A DNA stretch of 52,326 nt from a virus (taxonomy: Duplodnaviria; Caudoviricetes): the IMG/VR virus record IMGVR_UViG_3300029317_000050, positions 1 through 52,326 of that record. The stretch is one strand, 5' to 3'. The translations under genes and the position numbers were made by a program. Below the pieces are notes generated by a model. It saw only the letters and a program-made list of their open reading frames with translations, did no database searches and was not told the origin of the DNA. Position 1 is the first letter of the stretch. The number at the start of each line of letters is the position of its first letter. Positions 16,624 through 25,668 of the stretch are shown piece by piece.

Positions 16624-17129
16624 TTGAACAAAACCCCTTAGACATCATTGGCCAACTCTTTCTCGTTGAGCTCATGAATCCCAACCCTCGAATGACACCA
16701 CTTAAAACCGGTGATCGTTGCACTGTTAGCTTTGAAGTTGATAAAGAAACTCTTGATTACTTCTATGATGCTGGCGCTGATGGTAGAGCAGGAATGATTC
16801 TTGAGGCTGTCATGAAGGTTACTGCAAGGCAGGGGGCTGTTGGTGAAGTCGTTCAAGAGCCTGAACCAGTAAAGGTAAAACCTAAAGGTGGCGCTTTATG
16901 CAGATTGGCCGGCCAATGGTGCAATGACGAGAATTTTATTGATTGGGTGTCCTATCATCAGCTTGGCTATCGCTCACACGAGACTGCGGGCGCAGAGGAT
17001 GTAACTAGACACGTTCGAAATACATGCAATATCGAATCAAGGTCAGAGCTTGATCACAACAAGGATGCAGCCAAACGGTTTGATACTTATTTCAGGAAAC
17101 CGTACATGGCTTACATGGAGGGAAAATGA
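16620..17129 (+). CDS. Phage hypothetical protein
   Basis: LAGQWCNDENF...CNIESRSELDHN C-terminal motif typical of nin-region genes. Confidence 0.75.
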   Translation: MIEQNPLDIIGQLFLVELMNPNPRMTPLKTGDRCTVSFEVDKETLDYFYDAGADGRAGMILEAVMKVTARQGAVGEVVQEPEPVKVKPKGGALCRLAGQWCNDENFIDWVSYHQLGYRSHETAGAEDVTRHVRNTCNIESRSELDHNKDAAKRFDTYFRKPYMAYMEGK

Positions 17130-17335
17130 TTAGTAATTATCAAAGAGGTAGCGCAGATGGGCGCGACGGATTGCCATTTAATCCGCCTACCGACGCTGCA
17201 GGATTTAAAGAATATGAAGGTTGGTTTCTAGATGCAACCGACAATTGGATGCCAGACATGCCGGATATCAACTTCCCTGATGGTGAAACATTTTACTACG
17301 AAAGCTTGAAGGCAATCGAAATGGGGGAGGCGTAA
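17126..17335 (+). CDS. Hypothetical protein
   Basis: GGAGG RBS, ATGA coupling. Confidence 0.65.
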   Translation: MISNYQRGSADGRDGLPFNPPTDAAGFKEYEGWFLDATDNWMPDMPDINFPDGETFYYESLKAIEMGEA

Positions 17336-17337
17336 AC

Positions 17338-17796
17338 GTGGCAATTGTTATCAATCGTAAGCCAGCCACCAAAAAGCCTCGCAAAAAACGAGATGACAAA
17401 GAAGGTCGCGAGCAAACGTACATCATTGAATGGGCGTGTGATGCGTATTTCAAGCTTGATGGCGAGCTCCTGTGTGTATTCGAGTATTTATTTCATATTC
17501 CTAATGGCGGTAAGCGTAACGTGGCAGAGGCTGTGAAGCTTAAAGCGCAAGGTGTAAAGGCAGGAGTTCATGACCTGTTTTTACCCGTGCCAATGCACGG
17601 ATTGCCGGGTAAGTGGGTAGAGCTAAAGGTTGATAACAACAAAGCATCCGAAGCCCAAATTGAGTGGGGCGACAAAATGCAAAAGATGGGATACGCAGTT
17701 TCATTCTGCTGGGGCTGGAAAGCTGCCGTGGAAGCGATAACGGCATATCTCGGTGGGGTTTATACAAAGACTGGCAGAAAGCTGGTCATTTCTTAA
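17338..17796 (+). CDS. VRR-NUC domain nuclease
   Basis: FHIPNGGKR...LKAQGVKAGVHDL...WVELK...SEAQIEW. Confidence 0.9.
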   Translation: MAIVINRKPATKKPRKKRDDKEGREQTYIIEWACDAYFKLDGELLCVFEYLFHIPNGGKRNVAEAVKLKAQGVKAGVHDLFLPVPMHGLPGKWVELKVDNNKASEAQIEWGDKMQKMGYAVSFCWGWKAAVEAITAYLGGVYTKTGRKLVIS

Positions 17797-17803
17797 AACG
17801 TAA

Positions 17804-18427
17804 ATGAAGGTAAATGTTATGAAAAGTATTGAAGGGACAGTTAAGGCTGAGATGCCTAAGTACAAGTGCCATAAAGAGGTGTGGGCACTGGAAATATCAA
17901 AGATAGAAGGCACCACGCTTCACTTTGTTGATGAGTTGTTCGCACCTATTGATGTTGATGCGGGGTTTATCGATAGACATGCGTTAAATCAGCCTGGCTA
18001 TTTGGTTGTTTATCAAGACGGGTATCGCTCATTCTCCCCTAAAGCTGTATTCGAAAGTGGCTACAGCTCAATAGATGAAGAGCTGCCAAGTGTATATTTT
18101 GCAATTCATGATACCGCAGTCAAGTACTGTCGGTTAGCAGTAGGGTCGCTGTACGAGGGTATGCATCATTTCAGCATGCTCAAAAAAATGAAGACATACA
18201 AAACCAAAAGCACAGCAATTAAAGATGGCTTTAGTTATAAGAAAGCCATTGATCATGTGATTAACGGAGGTACTGCAAAGCTTCCGGATTGGGATTGTGA
18301 AGTTACTTTTAATGATATCGAAGGTTTTGTTGTAAGGACGGAAGGTTCTAGCGAGTCGATGATTTTCATCCCTTCGGCAGACGCTATCAAATCAAACAAT
18401 TGGATGCTGGATAAAATTGAGCAGTAA
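17804..18427 (+). CDS. Two-domain protein with a C-terminal DUF2829/Tad2-like domain, probable anti-defence sponge
   Basis: N-terminal GYLVVYQDGYRSFSPKAVFESGY; C-terminal FSYKKAIDHVINGG...W...FIPSADAIKSNNW. Confidence 0.6.
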   Translation: MKVNVMKSIEGTVKAEMPKYKCHKEVWALEISKIEGTTLHFVDELFAPIDVDAGFIDRHALNQPGYLVVYQDGYRSFSPKAVFESGYSSIDEELPSVYFAIHDTAVKYCRLAVGSLYEGMHHFSMLKKMKTYKTKSTAIKDGFSYKKAIDHVINGGTAKLPDWDCEVTFNDIEGFVVRTEGSSESMIFIPSADAIKSNNWMLDKIEQ

Positions 18428-18565
18428 GTTAATTGGCTCAAGGGTAAAGGTAACGTTCAAGAATGGATACTCATGTGTAGACAAGATTGAACGTTCCAAC
18501 TTTATCTTCATAAGATTTGAGCATAACGGGCGAGTCAATCAGTTTGATATCGCAAAAATAGAAGA

Positions 18566-18916
18566 GTGGAACGGAGTTTTAACGTTTTGAGAATAACAAC
18601 AGATATGGTCGAGGATATGCAGGGGGCGATTCAGGACAAGGTTGCAGAGGTACTGCATGAGCAACTGAAAAAGATGGAGGGTAAAGACGTACCACCAAGT
18701 GACGTGTTTAAAAACTGCCTTGTGAATAGCAAGAGCAAATGGGGCCCGCTGCCAGCAACAACTTATATATGGAGAAATCAGGCTGTCATTTCTCTTTTGG
18801 ATCCAGTGGTACAAAAAAACGGTAAAACAATCTTAAGTATTGTCAAGCACCTTGAAAATAACAAAGTCAAAGTGGTTGCTTTCTCATTCGCTCAAGATAC
18901 ACAAATCATTCACTAG
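18566..18916 (+). CDS. Hypothetical protein
   Basis: Co-oriented ORF; start uncertain. Confidence 0.55.
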   Translation: MERSFNVLRITTDMVEDMQGAIQDKVAEVLHEQLKKMEGKDVPPSDVFKNCLVNSKSKWGPLPATTYIWRNQAVISLLDPVVQKNGKTILSIVKHLENNKVKVVAFSFAQDTQIIH

Positions 18917-18926
18917 GAGTTTTATT

Positions 18927-19841
18927 ATGTTCTTCAAGAATCTACGAATATACAAATTTACAAAGCCTTTTTTACTCTCTCCGGAAGAGCTCGAAGAGAA
19001 ACTTGCAGAGCACGCATTTCAAGGGTGCGGTAAACATGATCAATCTAAATATGGTTGGGTTGAACCTTTGGGGCGTCATGGTCAAATGCTTACTCATGTA
19101 ACTGGCGAGCACATTATGATTTGTGGCATGAAGGAGGAAAAGATACTTCCGGCCTCAGTTGTGAATGATGCAGTGCAGGAAAAGGTGGAGGAAATTGAAG
19201 CCAAACAAGGCCGGAAGATATTCCGTAAAGAGAAATTGCAGCTTAAGGATGAAGTTACACTTACCTTATTACCAAAGGCATTCTCTCGGACTAGTAAAAC
19301 CTTTGCGTATTTCTCACCAAAAGAGAATTTATTGGTTGTTAATGCATCAAGTGCAAACAAGGCTGAGGAACTGCTTGCTTACCTTCGCAGCAGCATTGAG
19401 TCGTTGCCGGTCATTCCACCTAATACCAAGCTAATCTCTAGTGATGTGATGACCCTATGGCTGCAGAACCAAGCTGCGGCAGAGCATTTTGATATCAATC
19501 AACAGTGCGAGCTCTACGACCCTGCAGCAGATAGCAATGTGATTCGCTGCAAAGGTCAGGACTTGTATTCCGATGAAGTGGCGGGACATTTAGCCGCGGG
19601 GAAGCAGGTTAAGAACCTTGGTGTTTTATGGAAGGATTCACTTAGTTGTGTGATCGGTGACGATTTGACGGTTAAAAGCATTAAGTTCACTGACATGTTT
19701 ATGGAAAAGGCAGGTGAGCGCGACGCTGAAAGCGCTGCAGAGCAATTTGATCAAGACTTTGCTGTTATGTCATTAGAGTTATCACGATTCATTAAGCACT
19801 TATTTGGCGCGTTCGGTGGGCTGCAGGAGAAGGTGGTATGA
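18927..19841 (+). CDS. rdgC: Recombination-associated protein RdgC
   Basis: MFFKNLRIYKF, KEEKILPASVV, LLPKAFSR, FDQDFAVM...FGG. Confidence 0.95.
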   Translation: MFFKNLRIYKFTKPFLLSPEELEEKLAEHAFQGCGKHDQSKYGWVEPLGRHGQMLTHVTGEHIMICGMKEEKILPASVVNDAVQEKVEEIEAKQGRKIFRKEKLQLKDEVTLTLLPKAFSRTSKTFAYFSPKENLLVVNASSANKAEELLAYLRSSIESLPVIPPNTKLISSDVMTLWLQNQAAAEHFDINQQCELYDPAADSNVIRCKGQDLYSDEVAGHLAAGKQVKNLGVLWKDSLSCVIGDDLTVKSIKFTDMFMEKAGERDAESAAEQFDQDFAVMSLELSRFIKHLFGAFGGLQEKVV

Positions 19842-20218
19842 GCAATGGTGAGGCCATAGCTTTAGCGTGGTTTATTCTTTCCGCTATCTCTTCGCTTACC
19901 ATAATGGTTCTTAGTCACAAGCTACAAGCAGCAAGAAAAGCAGTAAGAGTGGCCAACGAACAAGTTTTTCGTGTAGGGCAAATAGTGCTTGCTTGTGACA
20001 TGGGGGAGAAGCTCAACCTCGTTCATTTTCGCCGAGTAATGGAACTGGAGGCGCGATATAAGGGGATGTTTCTTTGTATTCAGGAGCTAAGGGCCGCGAC
20101 CAATCAAAAGGATGAGGAGATCAAAGAGTATAAAGATCGCCTGGACCTTATTTGTAATGCGAGACGGATTGGGAAGCCTCGCATTATTGGCTTTGATAGG
20201 TCAAGAGTTGAAGAGTGA
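19838..20218 (+). CDS. Hypothetical protein with N-terminal TM helix
   Basis: ATGA coupling; hydrophobic N-terminus. Confidence 0.65.
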   Translation: MSNGEAIALAWFILSAISSLTIMVLSHKLQAARKAVRVANEQVFRVGQIVLACDMGEKLNLVHFRRVMELEARYKGMFLCIQELRAATNQKDEEIKEYKDRLDLICNARRIGKPRIIGFDRSRVEE

Positions 20219-20409
20219 CTGAAACCGAGCGTATCAAAGTAGAAAACCAACAACGCCTAAAAGATGCAACCAGCATTCTTGAGGGCGTTTTGATTTGTGG
20301 CGATTACGGTGTGTCGCAAAGTGACTTGGCAGGGCTACTGAATGAATTGGACCGAGTTAGAAAGGTTTCTCGTGATTCGTACAGTGTTGAATATGATGAA
20401 GAGGGTTGA
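20215..20409 (+). CDS. Hypothetical protein
   Basis: GTGA coupling. Confidence 0.6.
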   Translation: MTETERIKVENQQRLKDATSILEGVLICGDYGVSQSDLAGLLNELDRVRKVSRDSYSVEYDEEG

Positions 20410-20412
20410 ACG

Positions 20413-20733
20413 ATGACGTTTACGATTGATGATTTGGTAAAAATAAGCCAGGAGATGAATGAGCGGAAAGAGCAGACTGATAGAGATTTCTTTGCGTGCT
20501 TTGAGAAAGCTGATTTTGACAGAGGAGACAAGATTGTTTTAAGTCAGGCCATTGCTGACGGAATCAAACTGCTAAATTACGATAAAGACAGGGTTTCTGT
20601 AAGTCGTTTTTTAGAGCCTGGTAGTTACATTGTGTTAGCTGGTGAGACAAAGAAACCTAGACTCGACTTTGACGGTGAGTTTTTCCAAGTGCTAAAAGAC
20701 CCAAAGCCACTATTCAGGATTGATTGTAGTTAA
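20413..20733 (+). CDS. Hypothetical protein
   Basis: GAGGG RBS. Confidence 0.65.
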   Translation: MTFTIDDLVKISQEMNERKEQTDRDFFACFEKADFDRGDKIVLSQAIADGIKLLNYDKDRVSVSRFLEPGSYIVLAGETKKPRLDFDGEFFQVLKDPKPLFRIDCS

Positions 20734-20766
20734 GTGTAAATCTACTGTGATGAAGAGGGTTAGGCA

Positions 20767-21033
20767 ATGGTAATGAATGTTAAAACTGAATCCACTCAAA
20801 TGATGTCACCAGAGCAATTGGCAATCGCGTTAGCAAATGCGGAACCAAAAGAATTTGCTGCTTTTTGGCTTGAGTTTAGTGATGTATGTACTGATGAGAA
20901 GCTTGATGAGTTTGCGCAGCACATGGCACCAAAACAAGGGAGCAATCGAAAGGAAGCGGTCAAAAGGTTGTGTAAGTTGATTGGGTATTATGAAGAGGTT
21001 GCTGAAAGAGAGAAGAAGGGTGGTAGTAGGTGA
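20767..21033 (+). CDS. Hypothetical protein
   Basis: GAGGG RBS. Confidence 0.65.
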   Translation: MVMNVKTESTQMMSPEQLAIALANAEPKEFAAFWLEFSDVCTDEKLDEFAQHMAPKQGSNRKEAVKRLCKLIGYYEEVAEREKKGGSR

Positions 21034-21275
21034 ACTCTGATGTTCGTGTGGTTGTTGAATGTGAAATAAAGTGGGATTGGATGCTGGATATGAAGCCTCC
21101 AGTCCCTTTTGCTGTTCAGATGCGGCAGAAGTTAAATGCTGAAGGGTTTAAGTTTGAAGGTGATGGGAAGTGCAGCTCTATCATCAATGAAAACCCAAAG
21201 CCTCTTGGTAAATTTATTATGTGGGAGAATTACGAGACGGGTTCGACGCATTACAGGCAGGAGATGATCAGTTAA
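21030..21275 (+). CDS. Hypothetical protein
   Basis: GTGA coupling. Confidence 0.6.
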   Translation: MNSDVRVVVECEIKWDWMLDMKPPVPFAVQMRQKLNAEGFKFEGDGKCSSIINENPKPLGKFIMWENYETGSTHYRQEMIS

Positions 21276-21322
21276 TGATTGTTAATGTATCGAATAATAT
21301 ATCCAGTGTTAAGCAGAGGTGA

Positions 21323-21658
21323 GTGATGACGACAACGATAGATGTGGTGGCGGGTGCAGAGGTGCCGAGTACCAGTAAGCAAGGTGTTAATGGAGTGACG
21401 GGGTTAACAGTTGGGTATGGGGTTCGTGATGAGGTGGAAAGCGGCATCATGGACAGGTTTGAACGTGAATTAAGTAAATGCGTCGATAGGACAGGGAGCA
21501 TTCCAAGCACCATGTATGTGGGGCGATATGAGCACCGACAACTACGGGATTGCGCCAGGGATTACTGGAGGTTCCCTGTGGGCGTATCGGATCTTGAGGT
21601 ATTTTGTGGGATTAATATCATTCGTGTGATGATGGATAATCATTTGGTGGCTATGTGA
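21323..21658 (+). CDS. Hypothetical protein
   Basis: GAGG RBS; co-oriented ORF. Confidence 0.55.
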   Translation: MMTTTIDVVAGAEVPSTSKQGVNGVTGLTVGYGVRDEVESGIMDRFERELSKCVDRTGSIPSTMYVGRYEHRQLRDCARDYWRFPVGVSDLEVFCGINIIRVMMDNHLVAM

Positions 21659-21671
21659 TGAGTAGGATAGG

Positions 21672-21694
21672 AAAAGCAGGCTATAAAGCCTGCT
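21672..21694 (-). terminator. Intrinsic terminator of the counter-oriented small gene
   Basis: AGCAGGCT-ATAA-AGCCTGCT stem with a T-run on the minus strand. Confidence 0.65.
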
Positions 21695-21947
21695 ATGGAG
21701 TGTCTTCTAGGCATTTTTTAATAATGGACTCGAATATGTGTTGCACTGTAGCTTTTGCCCTTTCTAGCGTTGAATCGCTATCAATCCAGCCATTGTCCTC
21801 AAACTCAATATCAAAGCTGGGATCCTCTTTCCTGCCCTTCCAAGTGATATGGTACTGGCCAATAGGAGTGGTGCCAGTTACATGGTTGTAATTGCTATCT
21901 TCATTTGGATGAAGCTCTTCGCTCCATTCAACTCTTTTTATCTTCAT
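21693..21947 (-). CDS. Counter-oriented small gene (moron-like), hypothetical
   Basis: GAGG RBS before the ATG at 21947; own terminator. Confidence 0.65.
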   Translation of the reverse strand: MKIKRVEWSEELHPNEDSNYNHVTGTTPIGQYHITWKGRKEDPSFDIEFEDNGWIDSDSTLERAKATVQHIFESIIKKCLEDTP

Positions 21948-22009
21948 GGCTGTAACCTCTTGGATGGTAATAATTCTAAATAGCGTAGCAATATAATACG
22001 TCACTTCTC

Positions 22010-22038
22010 TTGTCTATTTAACTGGCTTTTTTAATGCT
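22010..22038 (+). promoter_or_regulatory. Late-promoter-like motif, copy 1 (lysis/packaging operon)
   Basis: TTGTCTATTTAACTGGCTTTTTTAA, found 4 times, always intergenic before late modules. Confidence 0.8.
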
Positions 22039-22060
22039 CTCGTAAAACGGGAGCTAATTT

Positions 22061-22501
22061 GTGAAAAATCGAAAGAAAACAGACACGATTGTTATTCATT
22101 GCTCTGACTCCGGAGCGTTTCAAGATATCGGTGCAGAAGAGATACGCCACTGGCATACGATGGAGAATGGCTGGGAGGATATCGGCTATCACTTTGTTAT
22201 TCGTCGTGATGGGTCGGTTGAATTAGGTCGAGAGATAGAAGCAATCGGGGCTCATGCCTACGGGTTGAATAGATATTCAATTGGTATCTGCATGGTCGGT
22301 GGTCGTGGCATTGATGGAAAGCCACAGGATAACTTCAGCGATAAGCAGTATTTGTCTTTAGCAATTCTCATTCGAGGGTTGAATTCTAAGTATCCAGGTA
22401 TTCGTTCTGTAATTGGTCACGGTGATGTCCGTGGTTGTGACAAGACTTGTCCCAATTTTAGTGTGACCGAGTTTCTAGCCAAGGAAGGGATCAGCGTATG
22501 A
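22061..22501 (+). CDS. Endolysin, N-acetylmuramoyl-L-alanine amidase (T7 lysozyme-like)
   Basis: IVIHCS, GWEDIGYHFVI, GAHA, SIGICMVGG, GHGD...KTCPNF. Confidence 0.95.
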   Translation: MKNRKKTDTIVIHCSDSGAFQDIGAEEIRHWHTMENGWEDIGYHFVIRRDGSVELGREIEAIGAHAYGLNRYSIGICMVGGRGIDGKPQDNFSDKQYLSLAILIRGLNSKYPGIRSVIGHGDVRGCDKTCPNFSVTEFLAKEGISV

Positions 22502-22968
22502 GCTGGAGTGACTTTAGCATTAGTGATTTGTTCACTGGTGGAGCTGCAGACCTTGTTGGTGAGATTGGTGAAGCGCTCGATAAGAACATTACCAGTGATG
22601 AAGAGCGTCTTGAAATTGATCGGCTGGTGAAAGCTAAGTTTGTTGAGTTGAAGCAGGCGGTTCTGGAATTTCACACCGTTGAGCTAGAGCAGGTTAGTAA
22701 GCGGCATGAGAACGATATGAAGTCTGACTCATGGCTATCTAAGAATATCCGGCCATTGGCACTTGTTTGCAACACGTTGTTCGTAATGCTGTTTGCAATG
22801 GTTTCGTATTGCACTGCAGATAAGGGCGACATTGGTGTGCTGACAGTATGGGTTGGGTTATTTACTGCGTTGTTGCTTCTTCAATACGGATTTTATTACG
22901 GCTCTCGTGGCCTTGAAAAGGTTACAACAATCATCGGTGCAGCATTTGGCAATAAGGGAATCAAGTAA
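22498..22968 (+). CDS. Holin (3TM/GTA-holin-like)
   Basis: DMKSDSWLSKNIRP, TM helices, FYYGSRGLEK. Confidence 0.8.
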   Translation: MSWSDFSISDLFTGGAADLVGEIGEALDKNITSDEERLEIDRLVKAKFVELKQAVLEFHTVELEQVSKRHENDMKSDSWLSKNIRPLALVCNTLFVMLFAMVSYCTADKGDIGVLTVWVGLFTALLLLQYGFYYGSRGLEKVTTIIGAAFGNKGIK

Positions 22969-23339
22969 TGCAGGAGCAGATTGACGCGCTTAAAAGGGAT
23001 CATCATGCATTGGATAAGGCTTTAGCTATCTGTGTGTCGCGTGTTGATCGTAATGAGAATGAGGTTAAAGACCTTAGTAAAACAGTTCACGACACTCAGC
23101 GTGTCGTTGGCGAGATTAACGTGAAGCTAGAAAAGCAGGAAACGTTTACCAAGGAACAGTTCGCCACAATGAATGAGCAGCACAAGACAGTGCTTGCGAC
23201 AGTTGAGGGTTTAGCGGGACACGTAACAGCCAACACAAAGAGTAATTTGAAGTTACATACCGTTTATAAAACGTTGTGCGTCATATCGGCGTGCTTTGTC
23301 ACAGCAGTTGGTGTGGCTAGTAAGTTGGGATGGGTGTAA
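22968..23339 (+). CDS. Coiled-coil protein with C-terminal TM helix (lysis region)
   Basis: Heptad-rich body with hydrophobic C-terminus. Confidence 0.65.
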   Translation: MQEQIDALKRDHHALDKALAICVSRVDRNENEVKDLSKTVHDTQRVVGEINVKLEKQETFTKEQFATMNEQHKTVLATVEGLAGHVTANTKSNLKLHTVYKTLCVISACFVTAVGVASKLGWV

Positions 23340-23569
23340 TGGGGACGGTGACGAATATCAACGGAGATAATCATCTAGATGTTGACGATCTACTGGAGCA
23401 GCGCAAGGGGAATCATCAAGCAGTGATGATAGCGACTCTTGACGATGATGGCTTTACCCAAACATACATGAGTTCCGGATTCACCAATAAGGACGCTATT
23501 TACGCTTTGCGAAAGTTGGTAAGGGACGTAGAGGGTGATGTTTACGGCGAGGCTCGTGGAGATGAGTGA
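23339..23569 (+). CDS. Hypothetical protein
   Basis: TAATG coupling to the upstream gene. Confidence 0.6.
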   Translation: MGTVTNINGDNHLDVDDLLEQRKGNHQAVMIATLDDDGFTQTYMSSGFTNKDAIYALRKLVRDVEGDVYGEARGDE

Positions 23570-24104
23570 ATTGAGCAAGGTTGATCAGCGTATTGAGGAT
23601 GCCTTTGAGGATATCTCCCCTCAGCAAGCGATATTTGTTCGTGAGTATGTTGAGAATGGAGCCAATGGGCCTGCGGCTGCAGCAAAGGCTAAGTATTGCC
23701 CTAAGAAAAAGGGTAAAGAGCGTCAAAACGGTTTGAATGCAACAGCATCAAGGCTTCTCAATAAAAAGAAGATGCCGAGAATTGCAGAAGCAATTGCTGC
23801 GTTGCAGGCAAAGATGAATGACGTATGCGTGATTAATACTGAATGGTGGCTGCGAGAAACCAAAAAGACCTATGACAAGTGCTCTCAGGCTGAAGAAATC
23901 GAAATATTTGAAGATGGTGTAAAGAAAGGGAGCGGTGAATTCAAGTTTGATAGTGCTGGGGCTACTAAGTGCCTTGATATGATGGGTAAGCATTTGGGTG
24001 TGTATGCACCTGAAGAGAAGAAGCACAGCGTTGATGATACGTTGAAGACGATTCTCGACAACATGAGCGGCAGAACAACCGGGTTACCGAATGCCGGACG
24101 TTGA
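23562..24104 (+). CDS. terS: Terminase small subunit
   Basis: QQAIFVREYVENGANGPAAAAKAKY, ASRLL, KCLDMMGKHLG; precedes terL. Confidence 0.9.
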   Translation: MSELSKVDQRIEDAFEDISPQQAIFVREYVENGANGPAAAAKAKYCPKKKGKERQNGLNATASRLLNKKKMPRIAEAIAALQAKMNDVCVINTEWWLRETKKTYDKCSQAEEIEIFEDGVKKGSGEFKFDSAGATKCLDMMGKHLGVYAPEEKKHSVDDTLKTILDNMSGRTTGLPNAGR

Positions 24105-25668
24105 TCTTGATATCAACGAAGAATTAACCATTGCCGAGATTCAAGAGAATCTTGGGAATTGGGAGTGGAGGATAAACAACCTTTACAGGATCAGCATTAA
24201 GCCACCTGAAAAGGATGAAGACGCAGAAGAAGATGATGAGCCTGCAGTACTTGAAATGACTTTCAAGATGAACTGGGCACAGGAAGCTTTGTTTCATGGT
24301 ATGTGGAACCGGAATGTGATCTTAAAAGCCCGTCAGTTGGGTATGACCACATTCATCATGATCTTTATGCTGGATCAGATACTTTTCAATGACAACATTC
24401 ATTGCGGCGTGATTACGCAGGGGCTTAATGAATCTTCGAGTTTGTTCAATGGCAAGATTCTTTATGCCTATGACAGATTGCCTGAATGGTTGAAGCGATT
24501 AAAGAAGCCAATCAAGCGTACTGGATCGCATCTTGAGTTTGAAAATGGTTCGTACATTACTGTCGGAACATCAATGCGTTCCGGAACACTTCATTACTTG
24601 CATATATCGGAGTTTGGAAAGATATGTGCAAAGTATCCTGAAAAGGCTGTTGAGATAGTTACCGGCTCATTCCCTGCAGTGCCGACCAATGGCGTGATAT
24701 TTATTGAGTCTACTGCAGAAGGGCAAGCTGGTTATTTTTACGAGTACTCAACCAAGGCCCGCAATAAGCAGTTGGCTATGAAGAAGCTGACCAGGAAGGA
24801 ATATAAGTTCTTCTTCTTTCCATGGTGGGAACAAGCCGAATATCGGTTGAATGATAGTGAAGTTGATGACACGCCAATACCGACACGCCTTGTTGAGTAT
24901 TTCTATGAGTTAGAGGAAGAGATGGGGATTGAATTAACCCCAAATCAAAAGGCTTGGTACGTCGCAACTGAGGAAGAGCAGGGTTCGAAGATGAAACGAG
25001 AGTTTCCTTCGACTGCAGATGAAGCCTTTGAGCAGTCTGTTGAAGGTGCCTACTTCTCTAAAGAGTTTGCAGATATTTACTCGAGCAACCGGATTACTTC
25101 CGTTCCCTGCCAGCCTGGTGTTCCCGTTGATACTTGGTGGGATTTGGGTATGGGAGATTCTATGGTGATTTGGTTGACTCAAACCATTGGTGGCTGGATT
25201 CACGTTATTGATTATTACGAGAATTCAGGTGAGGGCATGAAGCATTACATCAAGGTTTTGCAGGATCGCGGTTATCTGTTTGGTCAGCATTACGGGCCTC
25301 ATGATTTGGAAGTGCGAGAGCTCATGGGAGATGGCAGTAGTCGTGTAGCCAAGGCCAAGAAGTGGGGCTTCAACTTTAACGTCGTTCCCCGGGTGCCAGA
25401 TAAGCAAGACGCAATTGATGCAGCACGTGATGCGTTGCCTATTTGTATCTTTGATGAAGAGAAATGCGACCAGGGAATTAAGAAACTAGAGCGGTACAAG
25501 AAAAAGTGGAATATCAAGTTAGGGCGGTGGGAAGACAAGCCTCTACATGATGATGCCAGTGATACAGCCGATGGATTTATGACAATGGCCATGGGTCACC
25601 CAATGTTCTCTCGTGTAAACGGTAGAGCTCGATCAGTTAGAAAAGTGAAAAGCGGAAGGACAGCATGA
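24091..25668 (+). CDS. terL: Terminase large subunit
   Basis: ILKARQLGMTT, LHISEFG, IESTAEG, WDLGMGD, GPHD, PLHDDASDTADG. Confidence 0.95.
   Translation: MPDVDLDINEELTIAEIQENLGNWEWRINNLYRISIKPPEKDEDAEEDDEPAVLEMTFKMNWAQEALFHGMWNRNVILKARQLGMTTFIMIFMLDQILFNDNIHCGVITQGLNESSSLFNGKILYAYDRLPEWLKRLKKPIKRTGSHLEFENGSYITVGTSMRSGTLHYLHISEFGKICAKYPEKAVEIVTGSFPAVPTNGVIFIESTAEGQAGYFYEYSTKARNKQLAMKKLTRKEYKFFFFPWWEQAEYRLNDSEVDDTPIPTRLVEYFYELEEEMGIELTPNQKAWYVATEEEQGSKMKREFPSTADEAFEQSVEGAYFSKEFADIYSSNRITSVPCQPGVPVDTWWDLGMGDSMVIWLTQTIGGWIHVIDYYENSGEGMKHYIKVLQDRGYLFGQHYGPHDLEVRELMGDGSSRVAKAKKWGFNFNVVPRVPDKQDAIDAARDALPICIFDEEKCDQGIKKLERYKKKWNIKLGRWEDKPLHDDASDTADGFMTMAMGHPMFSRVNGRARSVRKVKSGRTA

Noticed and set aside
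22023-22037. Sigma54 (-24/-12) reading of the late motif
   Set aside because: GG-N10-GC holds in copies 1 and 3 only (TC and AG in copies 2 and 4), whereas the sigma70-like spacing fits all four
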